Shown piece after piece: positions 51,066 through 62,444 of a stretch of 64,000 nucleotides of DNA. The stretch comes from an uncultured Nitrospiraceae bacterium (lineage in GTDB: Bacteria > Nitrospirota > Thermodesulfovibrionia > Thermodesulfovibrionales > SM23-35). The position numbers and the translations under genes are program-made. The stretch spans positions 32,001 to 96,000 of the forward strand of contig CAVSHB010000001.1 of assembly GCA_963727775.1 (NCBI GenBank). The letters run 5' to 3'. How positions within the stretch are numbered: position 1 is the stretch's first letter; each line of letters begins with the position of its first letter. The notes beneath the pieces are model-generated. The model saw nothing but the letters and a program-made list of their open reading frames with translations. It was not told the origin of the DNA and made no database searches.

Positions 51066-51806
51066 TTAGAGGTATTTTTTAAGGATCTCGAAATTCAGGT
51101 TTTTAATCGCTGCTTTTTGGATAGCGCCGCTCGAGAGATCTTCAAGGTGCGGGAAAATTCCGATAATAGGGACAGGACTTATCTGTTTCATGGTCTTCGG
51201 GTTAGTCTGCTCAGCCTGGGTATTTTCAGGCGGCTGACCATGGTTGATAATTATCCCCGCAACGTGAACGCCTTCTTTAATCGCGTAATTGACGGTCAAC
51301 AGCGTATGATTGATCGTGCCGAGTCCGGGCTGTGCGACAACTATCAAAGGCAGTCCAAACTCTTTGGCAAGGTCAATAATAAAATAATCCTTACTGATCG
51401 GGACGAGCAGGCCGCCGATCCCTTCAACAATGACCACATCATATTTATCAGCGAGTATTGAATATGCCCTCTGTATCTTTTCGAGGTCAACCTGAGCCCC
51501 TTCAATTTCGGAAGCAGCCAAAGGCGCCAGAGGGTTTTCAAAGCGAATCGGTGTAACGAGATCAATGGAATCATCCATGCCTGCCATTTCTCTTAAGAAC
51601 ATTCCGTCTGCCGGCATTAAGTTTTTGTTCTGGACTTCGAACCTCGGAGTTTGGACTTTGGAGTTTGGACTTAAACATCCCGTCTCTATCGGCTTCATGC
51701 CGCCGGCCCTGAGTCCGAGCATTCCTGCAATCTTGATTAATGCCGCTGTGATAACCGTTTTGCCGACGCCTGTATCAGTAGCGGTCACGAAAAACCCTTT
51801 AGGCAT
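51066..51806 (-). CDS. bioD: Dethiobiotin synthase
   Basis: TDTGVGKT, KPIETG, VEGIGG, LGTINHT. Confidence 0.95.
   Translation of the reverse strand: MPKGFFVTATDTGVGKTVITAALIKIAGMLGLRAGGMKPIETGCLSPNSKVQTPRFEVQNKNLMPADGMFLREMAGMDDSIDLVTPIRFENPLAPLAASEIEGAQVDLEKIQRAYSILADKYDVVIVEGIGGLLVPISKDYFIIDLAKEFGLPLIVVAQPGLGTINHTLLTVNYAIKEGVHVAGIIINHGQPPENTQAEQTNPKTMKQISPVPIIGIFPHLEDLSSGAIQKAAIKNLNFEILKKYL
51628..51669. repeat. Six degenerate 7-bp tandem repeats in frame within bioD
   Basis: TTCTGGA CTTCGAA CCTCGGA GTTTGGA CTTTGGA GTTTGGA. Confidence 0.8.
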
Positions 51807-51871
51807 TGTTTCTCCGGATGTGGTTTGATCTATACACGGACATATTTTTATTTCTGATAAAATCCGCGGAA

Positions 51872-53002
51872 TTACATGTCTGTCAAAGCTTCGATAAGCC
51901 TTTTAACATCCTCATCAGTATGGACCGCAGTGATAGTTATCCTTATCCTTGATTCCTTGACTGTAGGCGGTCTTATGGCAGGCGCATAAATCCCTTTTTC
52001 AAAGAGACGCATTGATATTCGCATCGTATTTTCTATAGTCCCGGTTTTTATGGGTATGATGGGAGTTTCGCTTCCCATAATGTCGTACCCCGCGCCTTTA
52101 ATATCGTTCGCCGCCTTGTTTCTTTGTGTCCAGAGGTTTTTTATTAACCCGGAATCTTTTTCTATTAATTCCAGCGCAGCCATAGATGCCGCGACTACGC
52201 ATGACGGCAGTGCAGTAGAAAACATAAAACTCCTTGCGTTATTGATTGTCCACTGAACAATGTCGGAACTGCCCGCCAGAAAGGCGCCGAGAGAACCGAG
52301 GGCCTTAGAAAAGGTCCCCATCTGGATGATCCACGATTCGGGTTTAATGTCGAAATGGGCAAGAGCTCCTTTGCCGTTGCCGATGACGCCCGTGCTGTGG
52401 GCTTCGTCCAGATATAAAATTACATCATGCTTTTTACAGATGTACACCAAGTCTTTTAATGGCGCGATGTCTCCATCCATGCTGAAGACGGTGTCGGTTA
52501 TGACGATCTTTTTTCTCGAATCTTCTTTTTTCACCAGCTCTTCGAGATGCGTTAAATCTTTATGTTTATAAACACGGAGTTTAGATGCGCTGAGCCTGCA
52601 CCCGTCGATAATACTCGCGTGATTAAACTCATCACTGAATAGCGTGGTATCTCCATCAGCAATCGCAGGTATGATGCCTGTGTTTGCCGCATACCCGGAG
52701 TTAAATGCAAGCGCCGATTCTGTTTCTTTGAAGCGAGCGACTTTTTCCTCAAGCTGCTTATGAAGGATACTCCCGCCACTGAGTAGCCTGGAAGCGCCGG
52801 AACCAAAGCCGTATTCGTCCAGTGCCTTTTTGGCGGTATCGATTATAAAAGGATGATTGGCAAGACCGAGATAGTCGTTGGATGAGAAATTGATATATTC
52901 CTTCCCACCAAATTTTATCTTTGCCCCCTGCGGAGATTCCCTGTCTTTTGTTTCTCTGAATATCCCTCTCTCTTTTAATATCCCAAGTTTTTCATTAAAC
53001 AT
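51872..53002 (-). CDS. bioF: 8-amino-7-oxononanoate synthase
   Basis: FSSNDYLGL, NHASIIDG, FSMDGD, DEAH, GTFSKA, IRPPTV. Confidence 0.95.
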   Translation of the reverse strand: MFNEKLGILKERGIFRETKDRESPQGAKIKFGGKEYINFSSNDYLGLANHPFIIDTAKKALDEYGFGSGASRLLSGGSILHKQLEEKVARFKETESALAFNSGYAANTGIIPAIADGDTTLFSDEFNHASIIDGCRLSASKLRVYKHKDLTHLEELVKKEDSRKKIVITDTVFSMDGDIAPLKDLVYICKKHDVILYLDEAHSTGVIGNGKGALAHFDIKPESWIIQMGTFSKALGSLGAFLAGSSDIVQWTINNARSFMFSTALPSCVVAASMAALELIEKDSGLIKNLWTQRNKAANDIKGAGYDIMGSETPIIPIKTGTIENTMRISMRLFEKGIYAPAIRPPTVKESRIRITITAVHTDEDVKRLIEALTDM

Positions 53003-53090
53003 GAGTTTATTTTAGCACAATAGTCCGGCGCGCATTTCAGGCCAAATCCGGGATTTCAGAGGGTTTAAGTTTTTTTATTACAAAAAGCTC

Positions 53091-53120
53091 TTGACAATTT
53101 TTTTTTTCATGTGGTATGCT
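53091..53120 (+). promoter_or_regulatory. Putative sigma70 promoter of the atp operon
   Basis: TTGACA-N18-TATGCT upstream of the first b subunit gene. Confidence 0.55.
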
Positions 53121-53158
53121 GGTTTCGCTTTTCTAAACTACTTGAGGGAAGGTGCAAG

Positions 53159-53581
53159 ATGTTAGATATCCAACTTAAATGGCTTATCGTTTTGGCTATT
53201 AATTTCATCGTATTAATGTTTGTTTTAAACTCCATCCTTTTTAAGCCCCTCATGAAGATCTTCAAAGAACGTGAAGATACCGTGAAGGGGAATCTCGACG
53301 CTGCGAAGAACATGAGTAACAAAAGGGAAGAAAGCATTTCCGGATTGAACCGTGAACTCGCCGAATCGAGAAACAAGGCCAAAGAATTGTTCGAGTCTCT
53401 TAAGACTGAAGCAGTAAGCAAACAGAAAGAAGTCCATTCAGCCGCAGAAGCAGAAGCAACTGCGATACTCGATAAGGCGAAGGCGGAGATTAAGGATGAG
53501 GCTGAAAAGGCAAGAAAGGCTTTAAGAGCCGATGTCGATAAGTTCTCCGACGAAATTGTGAGAAAGCTGGTGAATGCATGA
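53159..53581 (+). CDS. atpF: ATP synthase F0 subunit b'
   Basis: N-terminal TM, ILFKPLMKIFKERE, coiled coil; probable ATG at 53159. Confidence 0.85.
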   Translation: MLDIQLKWLIVLAINFIVLMFVLNSILFKPLMKIFKEREDTVKGNLDAAKNMSNKREESISGLNRELAESRNKAKELFESLKTEAVSKQKEVHSAAEAEATAILDKAKAEIKDEAEKARKALRADVDKFSDEIVRKLVNA

Positions 53582-54174
53582 AAATGAAAGTTCAAAATTC
53601 AAAAATTATCAAAGCCTTTTTGTTCTTCCTTTTTAATTTGGCTGTTGTCTCGATTGCTTTCGGCAGCGGCGGGGGAGAAGAGGGCGGACATGGTTCACTT
53701 GTGAAGGATTACATGTGGAAGATTATTAATTTCCTTATTCTGATTGCTGTCCTCTACAAGTTTGGGAAGAAACCTATCGCGGATTTTCTAAAGAAAAGGA
53801 CCGAGTTAATAGAAAAGACATTAAACGAAGCAAAAGAGGCAAAAGAGGCCGCTTTAAAGGCGTTGCAGGAAGCGGAAGAGAGGCTTAAGACAAAAGACGC
53901 TGAGATAGAGGCGATCCTTTCCGCGGCAAAGAAATCCGGGGAGCATGAGCGCGACAGGATCATTGAAGAAAGCGGCAAACTGAAAGAGAAGATACTGGAG
54001 CAGGCGAAGACCAATATAGAATATGAACTGAAACATGCAAAAGAGGCGATTAAAGCTGAAGCTGTAGAATTGGCAATGGAACTCGCAGAGAAAAAGCTCA
54101 AGGATAAGTTGACCAAGGAAGAACAGGAGAAACTCCTCGATGAGTCATTGGTGAAGATAGGAGGCCGAGGTTGA
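53578..54174 (+). CDS. atpF: ATP synthase F0 subunit b
   Basis: WKIINFLIL, KPIADFLKKR, coiled coil. Confidence 0.88.
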   Translation: MKMKVQNSKIIKAFLFFLFNLAVVSIAFGSGGGEEGGHGSLVKDYMWKIINFLILIAVLYKFGKKPIADFLKKRTELIEKTLNEAKEAKEAALKALQEAEERLKTKDAEIEAILSAAKKSGEHERDRIIEESGKLKEKILEQAKTNIEYELKHAKEAIKAEAVELAMELAEKKLKDKLTKEEQEKLLDESLVKIGGRG

Positions 54175-54711
54175 AAAAGATAAAAGGAGCAAGCAAATAC
54201 GCGAAGGCATTGCTGAGAAATGTCGGAATGGATAAAGCAGGTGAGGCAATAGCCGAAATAAGTTCCGTTAACGACCTTATGATCAAGAGCAGGGAGTTTA
54301 GGAGTCTTCTTGTTAATCCGCAATTTACGACCGAGGAGAAGACAGGGGTCATAAAGGCATTGGCGGACAGACTCAAACTCTCGGACAGCACGATCAAGTT
54401 TGTCCTGTACCTCGCTGAGGTTGGGGCGATCATAGGTCTTGCCGATATACTCAAGATTGCTGTAAATATCTATCTCGAAAGACAGAGGAAGGCGAAGGCG
54501 ATTGTTATGAGTCCGATCGAGATCAGCAAGGACCGTGAGGGGACATTGAAAGCGTCCCTGAAGAAGATGACTGACAGGGATGTCGATCTGGAGTATGTGA
54601 TAGAATCCTTCCCTTCTTGGCGGAATTCTCGTTAAGATAGGAAGCACCATGTATGACACGAGCATAAGGGGCCAGCTAAGGCTCTTAAAAGATGAGTTAA
54701 TAAAGGGGTGA
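54171..54711 (+). CDS. atpH: ATP synthase delta subunit (one-base frameshift at about 54604)
   Basis: [12 protein letters not shown]; removing one A restores [26 protein letters not shown], with stop at 54711. Confidence 0.9.
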
Positions 54712-54715
54712 CATT

Positions 54716-56227
54716 ATGGCAGAAATTAAGACAGAAGAAATAAGCGAACTTCTAAAAAAACAGATTACGGATTTCGAGAAGAAGGTTGATGTCAGTGAGA
54801 TCGGTACGGTCACTTACATCGGTGACGGTGTCGCAAAGGTTTACGGTCTTGACAACTGTATGGCTATGGAGATGCTTGAGTTCCAGAACGGCGTTTTCGG
54901 CATGGCCCTGAACCTTGAAGAAGATTCAGTCGGCGCGGTCCTCTTCGGTGAGGACAAAAATGTTAAGGAAGGCGATATCGTAAAACGCACTGGAAAGGTT
55001 ATGGAAGTCCCGGTCGGAGATGAACTCAAGGGAAGAGTAGTCAATGCTATCGGACAGCCCATAGACGGAAAGGGCCCGATTAATTCAAAACAGACAAGAA
55101 GGGTCGAGGTTGTTGCACCGGGTATTATTAAAAGAAAACCGGTTCATGAACCCCTCCAGACTGGCATTAAAGCGGTTGACGCCATGATCCCGATAGGAAG
55201 AGGCCAGAGGGAGCTCGTCATCGGTGACCGTCAGATCGGAAAAACAGCCATCCTTATTGACACCATTATCAATCAGAAAGGCGGCGATGTCACCTGCATA
55301 TATGTGGCAATCGGACAGCGTAGACCGGCTGTCGTCAATACCGTCAAGAAACTTGAGGAAATGGGCGCACTGGAGCACACCATCGTTGTCGTTGCAACAG
55401 CGAGTGAGCCGGCGCCAATGCAGTATATAGCGCCGTATGTGGGTTGTACGATGGGTGAGTATTTCAGGGACAACGGCAAGGCCGCTTTTATTGCGTATGA
55501 TGACCTTACCAAACAGGCGCAGGCATACAGACAGCTTTCCCTGATCCTGAGGCGTCCTCCTTCACGTGAGGCATATCCCGGTGACGTCTTCTATCTCCAT
55601 TCCAGACTCCTCGAAAGGGCAGCTAAGATGAGTGATGCAATGGGCGCGGGGTCGTTGACGGCAATTCCGGTCATCGAGACGCAGGCCGGTGACGTTTCCG
55701 GTTATATACCGACAAACGTTATTTCTATTACAGACGGGCAGATCTATCTTGAGCCTGAACTTTTCTACGCCGGTGTAAGGCCGGCAGTTAACGCAGGTCT
55801 TTCGGTCAGTCGTGTCGGCGGCGCTGCCCAGATCAAAGCCATGAAGCAGGTCGCAGGTATGCTCAGGCTTGACCTCGCACAGTATAGAGAGCTTGCCGCA
55901 TTTGCACAATTCGCATCCGACCTTGATAAGGCGACCCTCGCACAGATCGAAAGAGGAAGAAGGATGGTCGAGCTTCTGAAACAGGACCAGTTTGTACCGA
56001 TGTCGGTTGATGATCAGATAATTGTTATTTATGCAGGAACCCAGGGCTTCCTCGATGATGTCCCAGTTGATTCAATAAGGAATTTTGAGGAAGCGTTTAT
56101 GAGATATATCAGGACGGAAAAGCAGGCCCTGAAGAAAGAAATCATGGAAAAGAAGGCACTGGATGATGACCTTAAAGCAAAGCTTACCGAGGCGATCACC
56201 GCATTCAAGAAAACCTTTTCAGCATAA
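54716..56227 (+). CDS. atpA: ATP synthase alpha subunit
   Basis: [27 protein letters not shown]. Confidence 0.98.
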   Translation: MAEIKTEEISELLKKQITDFEKKVDVSEIGTVTYIGDGVAKVYGLDNCMAMEMLEFQNGVFGMALNLEEDSVGAVLFGEDKNVKEGDIVKRTGKVMEVPVGDELKGRVVNAIGQPIDGKGPINSKQTRRVEVVAPGIIKRKPVHEPLQTGIKAVDAMIPIGRGQRELVIGDRQIGKTAILIDTIINQKGGDVTCIYVAIGQRRPAVVNTVKKLEEMGALEHTIVVVATASEPAPMQYIAPYVGCTMGEYFRDNGKAAFIAYDDLTKQAQAYRQLSLILRRPPSREAYPGDVFYLHSRLLERAAKMSDAMGAGSLTAIPVIETQAGDVSGYIPTNVISITDGQIYLEPELFYAGVRPAVNAGLSVSRVGGAAQIKAMKQVAGMLRLDLAQYRELAAFAQFASDLDKATLAQIERGRRMVELLKQDQFVPMSVDDQIIVIYAGTQGFLDDVPVDSIRNFEEAFMRYIRTEKQALKKEIMEKKALDDDLKAKLTEAITAFKKTFSA

Positions 56228-56251
56228 TACGTTTGTGATAGGAGAGGATAA

Positions 56252-57130
56252 ATGCCAACTTTAAGGGATATAAGAAAAAGACTAAAAGCGATCCAGAGCA
56301 CCAAGAAGATTACTGCTGCCATGAAAATGGTGGCCGCGGCAAAGATGCGGAAGGTCCAGGACCGGATGCTGAATTTCAGGCCTTATGCTTCAAGGATGGG
56401 AACAGTCCTGACTGATATCGCGAGGGTTGCAGAGCGCGAGATACATCCCCTCCTTGCGTTGAGGATGAAAAAGAATGTAGAAGTTATTGTCATTGCGTCC
56501 GATAAAGGACTCTGCGGCGCCTTTAATACCAATATCCTGAAGGCCGCGAATAATTATATCAATGGCCTGAAGAAGGAGAATGTTGCATTCAGCCTGAGCA
56601 TAGTCGGCAGAAAGTCGCGCGACTTTTTCAAAAGAAGAAGCGTCCCGACGAGAAACGCTTGGGTCGGCCTTTCCGGAAGGATATCATATACCAACGCTCA
56701 AGAGATAGCGGGTAACCTGATTGAGGGGTATACCAGCGAGGCTTTTGATGAAGTTGTTGTCATTTACAATGAATTCAAGTCGATGATTTCCCAGAAAGTC
56801 ACCATAATGAAACTTCTGCCTGTGGGCGTGATAGAAGGAGAAGAGGGCCGGGAAGAGACAGCCATGAAAGCGGATTACCTCTATGAACCTTCACGGGCAG
56901 CTATTTTCGAAAGACTGCTGCCGAAATATATTGAAATACAGGTCTACAGGGCATTGCTCGAATCCTCGGCAGCGGAGGAAGCTGCGAGAATGGCTGCCAT
57001 GGAAAATGCGACGAAGAACTGTTCCGAACTTATTACGAAGATAACACTCCTGGCAAATAAGGTAAGACAGGCGTCCATCACAAAAGAACTGATGGATATT
57101 GTCGGCGGTGTTGAGGCCTTGAAGGATTAA
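56252..57130 (+). CDS. atpG: ATP synthase gamma subunit
   Basis: KITAAMKMVAAAK, DKGLCG, RQASITKEL. Confidence 0.98.
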   Translation: MPTLRDIRKRLKAIQSTKKITAAMKMVAAAKMRKVQDRMLNFRPYASRMGTVLTDIARVAEREIHPLLALRMKKNVEVIVIASDKGLCGAFNTNILKAANNYINGLKKENVAFSLSIVGRKSRDFFKRRSVPTRNAWVGLSGRISYTNAQEIAGNLIEGYTSEAFDEVVVIYNEFKSMISQKVTIMKLLPVGVIEGEEGREETAMKADYLYEPSRAAIFERLLPKYIEIQVYRALLESSAAEEAARMAAMENATKNCSELITKITLLANKVRQASITKELMDIVGGVEALKD

Positions 57131-57164
57131 GGAATAAAGGGTTAAAGAATTATAATATAGTTGA

Positions 57165-58598
<1,434 letters not shown>

Positions 58599-58629
58599 AG
58601 AAATAAAGGCTAAGGCAGGAGAATAATCC

Positions 58630-59037
58630 ATGGAAAGTAAATTAAAACTTGAAATCGTTACACCTTACGGCCTTATTCTGAGCGAGGATGTCGACGAAGT
58701 ATCATGCACCGGAAGTGAAGGTGATTTCGGCGTGCTCCCGGGGCATGTGCCTTTCTTCACAACCTTAAAGATAGGCATGCTCGCATATAAAAAAGGTAAT
58801 GCGACACAATATGTCTTCGTCAACTGGGGATACGCTGAGGTTGGTCCTGATAGGGTCATGATTCTTGCGGACAGCGCCGAAAAGTCGGCAGACATCGATG
58901 TTGAGAGGGCAAAGGCCGCGATGAAGAGAGCTGAAGAAAGACTTAAGAAGGCCGAGGAATATGATTTTGCGCGGGCAACTTCGTCGATTGAAAGGGCTGT
59001 ATCAAGAGTGCAGGTAGCAGAAAGAAAAACAGGATAA
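58630..59037 (+). CDS. atpC: ATP synthase epsilon subunit
   Basis: LEIVTP, GDFGVLPGH. Confidence 0.96.
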   Translation: MESKLKLEIVTPYGLILSEDVDEVSCTGSEGDFGVLPGHVPFFTTLKIGMLAYKKGNATQYVFVNWGYAEVGPDRVMILADSAEKSADIDVERAKAAMKRAEERLKKAEEYDFARATSSIERAVSRVQVAERKTG

Positions 59038-59057
59038 TAATTTTTTTACAGTCGAAT

Positions 59058-59096
59058 AAAAAAAAGGCCATGCATTTTTGCATGGCCTTTTTTTAT
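59058..59096 (+). terminator. Intrinsic terminator of the atp operon
   Basis: A-tract GGCCATGCA loop TGCATGGCC T-tract. Confidence 0.9.
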
Positions 59097-59199
59097 GATC
59101 CCGCCATTTATTAAAGAAGCGTGATCAATTGCATTATTATGTTTAAATGTGGCAAATTAATATCTTGAAAGTGAATTTATTTGAGGAGAATCAAGCTTC

Positions 59200-60663
59200 A
59201 TGCAAAAAGAGAAGATACTCGTTATTGATGACGAAGAATTTATACTGCAGCTTTCAAGGGATATTCTTACAAAGATCAATTATGAAGTAGCTACCGTCTC
59301 AGACGGGAATGAGGGGATAAGACTTCTCGAGAATGGGAAGTTTGATCTCTTAATGACGGATATAAAAATGCCTAAAGTCGACGGACTGGAAGTCATCAGG
59401 AAGGTGAGATCCGGCAACAAGGAAATCCCGATTATCGTTATTACAGGACATGGCACGCTCGATATTGCAATAAGTGCGCTGCAGTTGGGCGCTCAAGGCT
59501 TTATATTGAAGCCCTTTACCCCGTTAGCGCTCGGGACCGCAGTTGCTGAGGCCTTGGAAAAAAGAAGATTGCTCGGTGAGAATATCAGGATGCGCGCCTT
59601 AATGCCTTTGTTTGAAGTCAGTAAAGAGATAATAAGTGAAATAGACCCAAAAAGACTCCTAAAGTTAATAGTGGAGATTGCAGTTAAGGAAACAAGGGCT
59701 GACAGAGCGTTCTTGTGCCTGATAGATGAAGATACAGGCAGGATTGAGATGGAAGAAGACTATGGGTTATCACCTGCTTTTCACAGTAACTTCAAAGAAA
59801 AATACAGCGAGAAAATAGCCGAGATCGTATCGAAAAAAAAGAAATCTTCTCCTTCGGCCTCCTGTATCAAGCTTTCCTCCGGTTTCGAGGAAATATTGCA
59901 AATTGAAGGCGTGTCCTCGAGTATTTGTACGCCTCTCACCGTTAGGGGAAATGATATCGGTATCCTTTACATAGGCAGGCTGTCCAGTGAACATCCATTT
60001 ACTGTTTCAGAGGTTGAACTTGTTTCTGTTTTGAGCGGGCAGGCTGCCGCTGCTATTGAAAATGCCCGCCTTTATGAAAAGCTCGAACAATCATATCTGT
60101 CAATGATAATCACTTTATCGGGAGTAGTCGAAGCCAGAGACCAGAACACGGACAAGCATATGAAGGACATCGCGGAATATTCCGTTGAAATTGCGAGACA
60201 GATGGAACTTCCCGATGACGATATCGAAAATATAAGGAAGGCCGCGCTCTTGCATGATTTAGGAAAGATATGCGTGCCTGATAATATTCTTATGAAGGCG
60301 GACAAACTTTCGGAATCGGAAATGGACATCATTAAGAAGCACCCGGTAAACGGCGCTAAAATAATCGAATCTGTAGAACCGATTAAGCATGCCAGAGAAA
60401 TAATACGGCATCATCACGAGTTTTTTGACGGGTCCGGTTATCCCGACGGTCTTAAAGGTGGAACGATCCCTTTGGGCGCAAGGATAATCGCAGTAGCTGA
60501 TGCATTTGGCGCAATGACTACCAACAGGCCTTACAGAAATGCGCTCTCGATAAATGAAGCTGTAAAAGAGCTGAAAAAATTTTCCGGGACACAATTCGAT
60601 CCGGATATCGTTAAGATATTTATCTCTATTCTTCATGAGCATGGCATCCTGGAGAATATTTAA
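59200..60663 (+). CDS. REC-GAF-HD-GYP response regulator, probable c-di-GMP phosphodiesterase
   Basis: ILVIDDE, DIKMP; LLHDLGK, HHEFFDGSGYPDGL. Confidence 0.92.
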   Translation: MQKEKILVIDDEEFILQLSRDILTKINYEVATVSDGNEGIRLLENGKFDLLMTDIKMPKVDGLEVIRKVRSGNKEIPIIVITGHGTLDIAISALQLGAQGFILKPFTPLALGTAVAEALEKRRLLGENIRMRALMPLFEVSKEIISEIDPKRLLKLIVEIAVKETRADRAFLCLIDEDTGRIEMEEDYGLSPAFHSNFKEKYSEKIAEIVSKKKKSSPSASCIKLSSGFEEILQIEGVSSSICTPLTVRGNDIGILYIGRLSSEHPFTVSEVELVSVLSGQAAAAIENARLYEKLEQSYLSMIITLSGVVEARDQNTDKHMKDIAEYSVEIARQMELPDDDIENIRKAALLHDLGKICVPDNILMKADKLSESEMDIIKKHPVNGAKIIESVEPIKHAREIIRHHHEFFDGSGYPDGLKGGTIPLGARIIAVADAFGAMTTNRPYRNALSINEAVKELKKFSGTQFDPDIVKIFISILHEHGILENI

Positions 60664-60691
60664 GGGATCTGTCATATTAAACTAATATCAT

Positions 60692-61438
60692 ATGGATGTC
60701 ACACTCGACAGCATCCTCGATATACAATTATATCAGTCAAAAACAGGATACCGTTTTTCAGTAGATTCCCTTCTGCTTCATAACTTTGTGGACCTCAGGA
60801 AAGCCCGGCGCATTGCCGATCTCGGCGCAGGATCGGGTATTGTAGGAATTCTGCTTGCTAAAAAATATACTGCTGCGCATGTGACCCTCTTTGAAATTCA
60901 GGAAAGCCTTTTTAAACTTGCCGGGAAAAACGTTATCCTGAATAATCTTGAAAAAAGGGTTAATATAATAAAACACGACTTGAGAGAAATGAACGCGCTG
61001 TCCGCAGCGTCCGGCGGTTATGATCTCATTGTCTCAAACCCGCCGTTCAGAAGGTTTAAAAGCGGACTGATCAATACTGATGAGGAAAGGGCAGTTGCAC
61101 GCCATGAAATAAAACTAAGACTTGATGAACTCATTCAAGCCGCATCATATCTTTTAAGCGCTAAAGGAAGGTTTTGCATGATATATCATCCGGGTAGACT
61201 TTCGGAACTTATATGTATGTTAAAACAAAAGGGGATTGAAACGAAAAGATTGAGATTTGTACATTCTGATATTTCTTCGGAAGCAAAAATGGTTTTGTTA
61301 GAGGGTGTAAAAGGAGGAAGAACGGGATTGAAAGTTGAAAAGCCCCTTTATCTATACCAGGAGTCCGGCAGGTATAGTAATGAAATGGAGAAGATATACG
61401 GAAATAATCCCAAAGGAGATTTTCGTGGACCATATTAG
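60692..61438 (+). CDS. tRNA1(Val) A37 N6-methyltransferase family
   Basis: GYRFSVDS, DLGAGSG, SNPPF, ARHE. Confidence 0.85.
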   Translation: MDVTLDSILDIQLYQSKTGYRFSVDSLLLHNFVDLRKARRIADLGAGSGIVGILLAKKYTAAHVTLFEIQESLFKLAGKNVILNNLEKRVNIIKHDLREMNALSAASGGYDLIVSNPPFRRFKSGLINTDEERAVARHEIKLRLDELIQAASYLLSAKGRFCMIYHPGRLSELICMLKQKGIETKRLRFVHSDISSEAKMVLLEGVKGGRTGLKVEKPLYLYQESGRYSNEMEKIYGNNPKGDFRGPY

Positions 61439-62306
61439 TAATTTTCTTGCCTATCTCTCTGCTGAAAAAGGGTTATCGAAAAATACCGTCGATTCATATA
61501 AACTGGATCTCAGAAAATTCCATGATTTTCTTGCATCCGTAGCTAAGGGTTTTGATTCATTTTCAAAAGCCGATATAGTTGATTTCATTGAAAGGCTCAG
61601 GGCTGAAGACTATTCCATAGCAAGTATCTGCAGGTTTATATCCTCAATAAAAGCCTTATGCAGATACCTCATAATTGATAACTTCATAAAGGACGATCCG
61701 TCAGAAAACCTTCAGTCTCCGAAAAAATGGGAAAGACTTCCTAAAGCGCTCAGTGTGTCTGAAGTCAGATCTTTCCTCGAAGCGGGCTCCCAAGGCCTTT
61801 CCGGACCAATCTTGGGAAGAGACTATGTAATGTTTGAATTATTGTACTCTTCAGGGGTACGCGTCAGTGAGATAGTGTCACTCAAGCTTGAGGACATCAA
61901 TTTCGAGGCGGGGTTCATGCGTGTGTTGGGGAAGGGATCAAAGGAAAGGATTGTACCGGTCAATACAAGGGCGATAGCCAGAGTAAAAAAATATATAAAT
62001 CTGCAAAGGCCGGAGATATTGAAAAAAAAGCGGTCTCCATATCTTTTTGTCACAAACAGGGGAAAGCCCATGACGCGGCAGCGTTTCTGGCAAACGATAA
62101 AGAAAGTGGGCAAGGAGCTTGGGATGGAGATTTCACCTCATACGATGAGGCACTCCTTTGCGACACATCTTCTTGAGGGTGGGGCTGACCTGAGATCATT
62201 GCAGAAGATGCTTGGACATTCCGATATATCAACAACGCAAATTTACACAAAAGTAACAACCGACAGATTAAAAGAGGTTTATTCAAAACACCACCCGAGA
62301 GCGTAA
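61425..62306 (+). CDS. xerD: Site-specific tyrosine recombinase XerD
   Basis: EKGLSKNT, LYSSGVRVSE, GKGSKER, TRQRFW, HTMRHSFATHLL, LGH, TQIY; GTG start with AAGGAG RBS. Confidence 0.9.
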   Translation: MDHISNFLAYLSAEKGLSKNTVDSYKLDLRKFHDFLASVAKGFDSFSKADIVDFIERLRAEDYSIASICRFISSIKALCRYLIIDNFIKDDPSENLQSPKKWERLPKALSVSEVRSFLEAGSQGLSGPILGRDYVMFELLYSSGVRVSEIVSLKLEDINFEAGFMRVLGKGSKERIVPVNTRAIARVKKYINLQRPEILKKKRSPYLFVTNRGKPMTRQRFWQTIKKVGKELGMEISPHTMRHSFATHLLEGGADLRSLQKMLGHSDISTTQIYTKVTTDRLKEVYSKHHPRA

Positions 62307-62444
62307 GAACCGGTAGACGGCAAATATGCACGATTCAGTGAAGGGTTCAGACACTGCTCGATTGACAGTGACAAGTAATAGATTTTTATTTTATACTTCT
62401 TACTCATTAGCAATTACTAACTATTCATAAAATGGAGGAAAGAA

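Noticed and set aside
53754..54665. 303-aa minus-strand ORF and other long antisense ORFs (21674-22363, 33923-34741, 40597-41232, 62714-63262)
   Set aside because: Shadows of well-supported genes on the opposite strand
61335..62306. xerD as a mobile-element integrase
   Set aside because: Canonical XerD motifs in a housekeeping context, with no att sites seen
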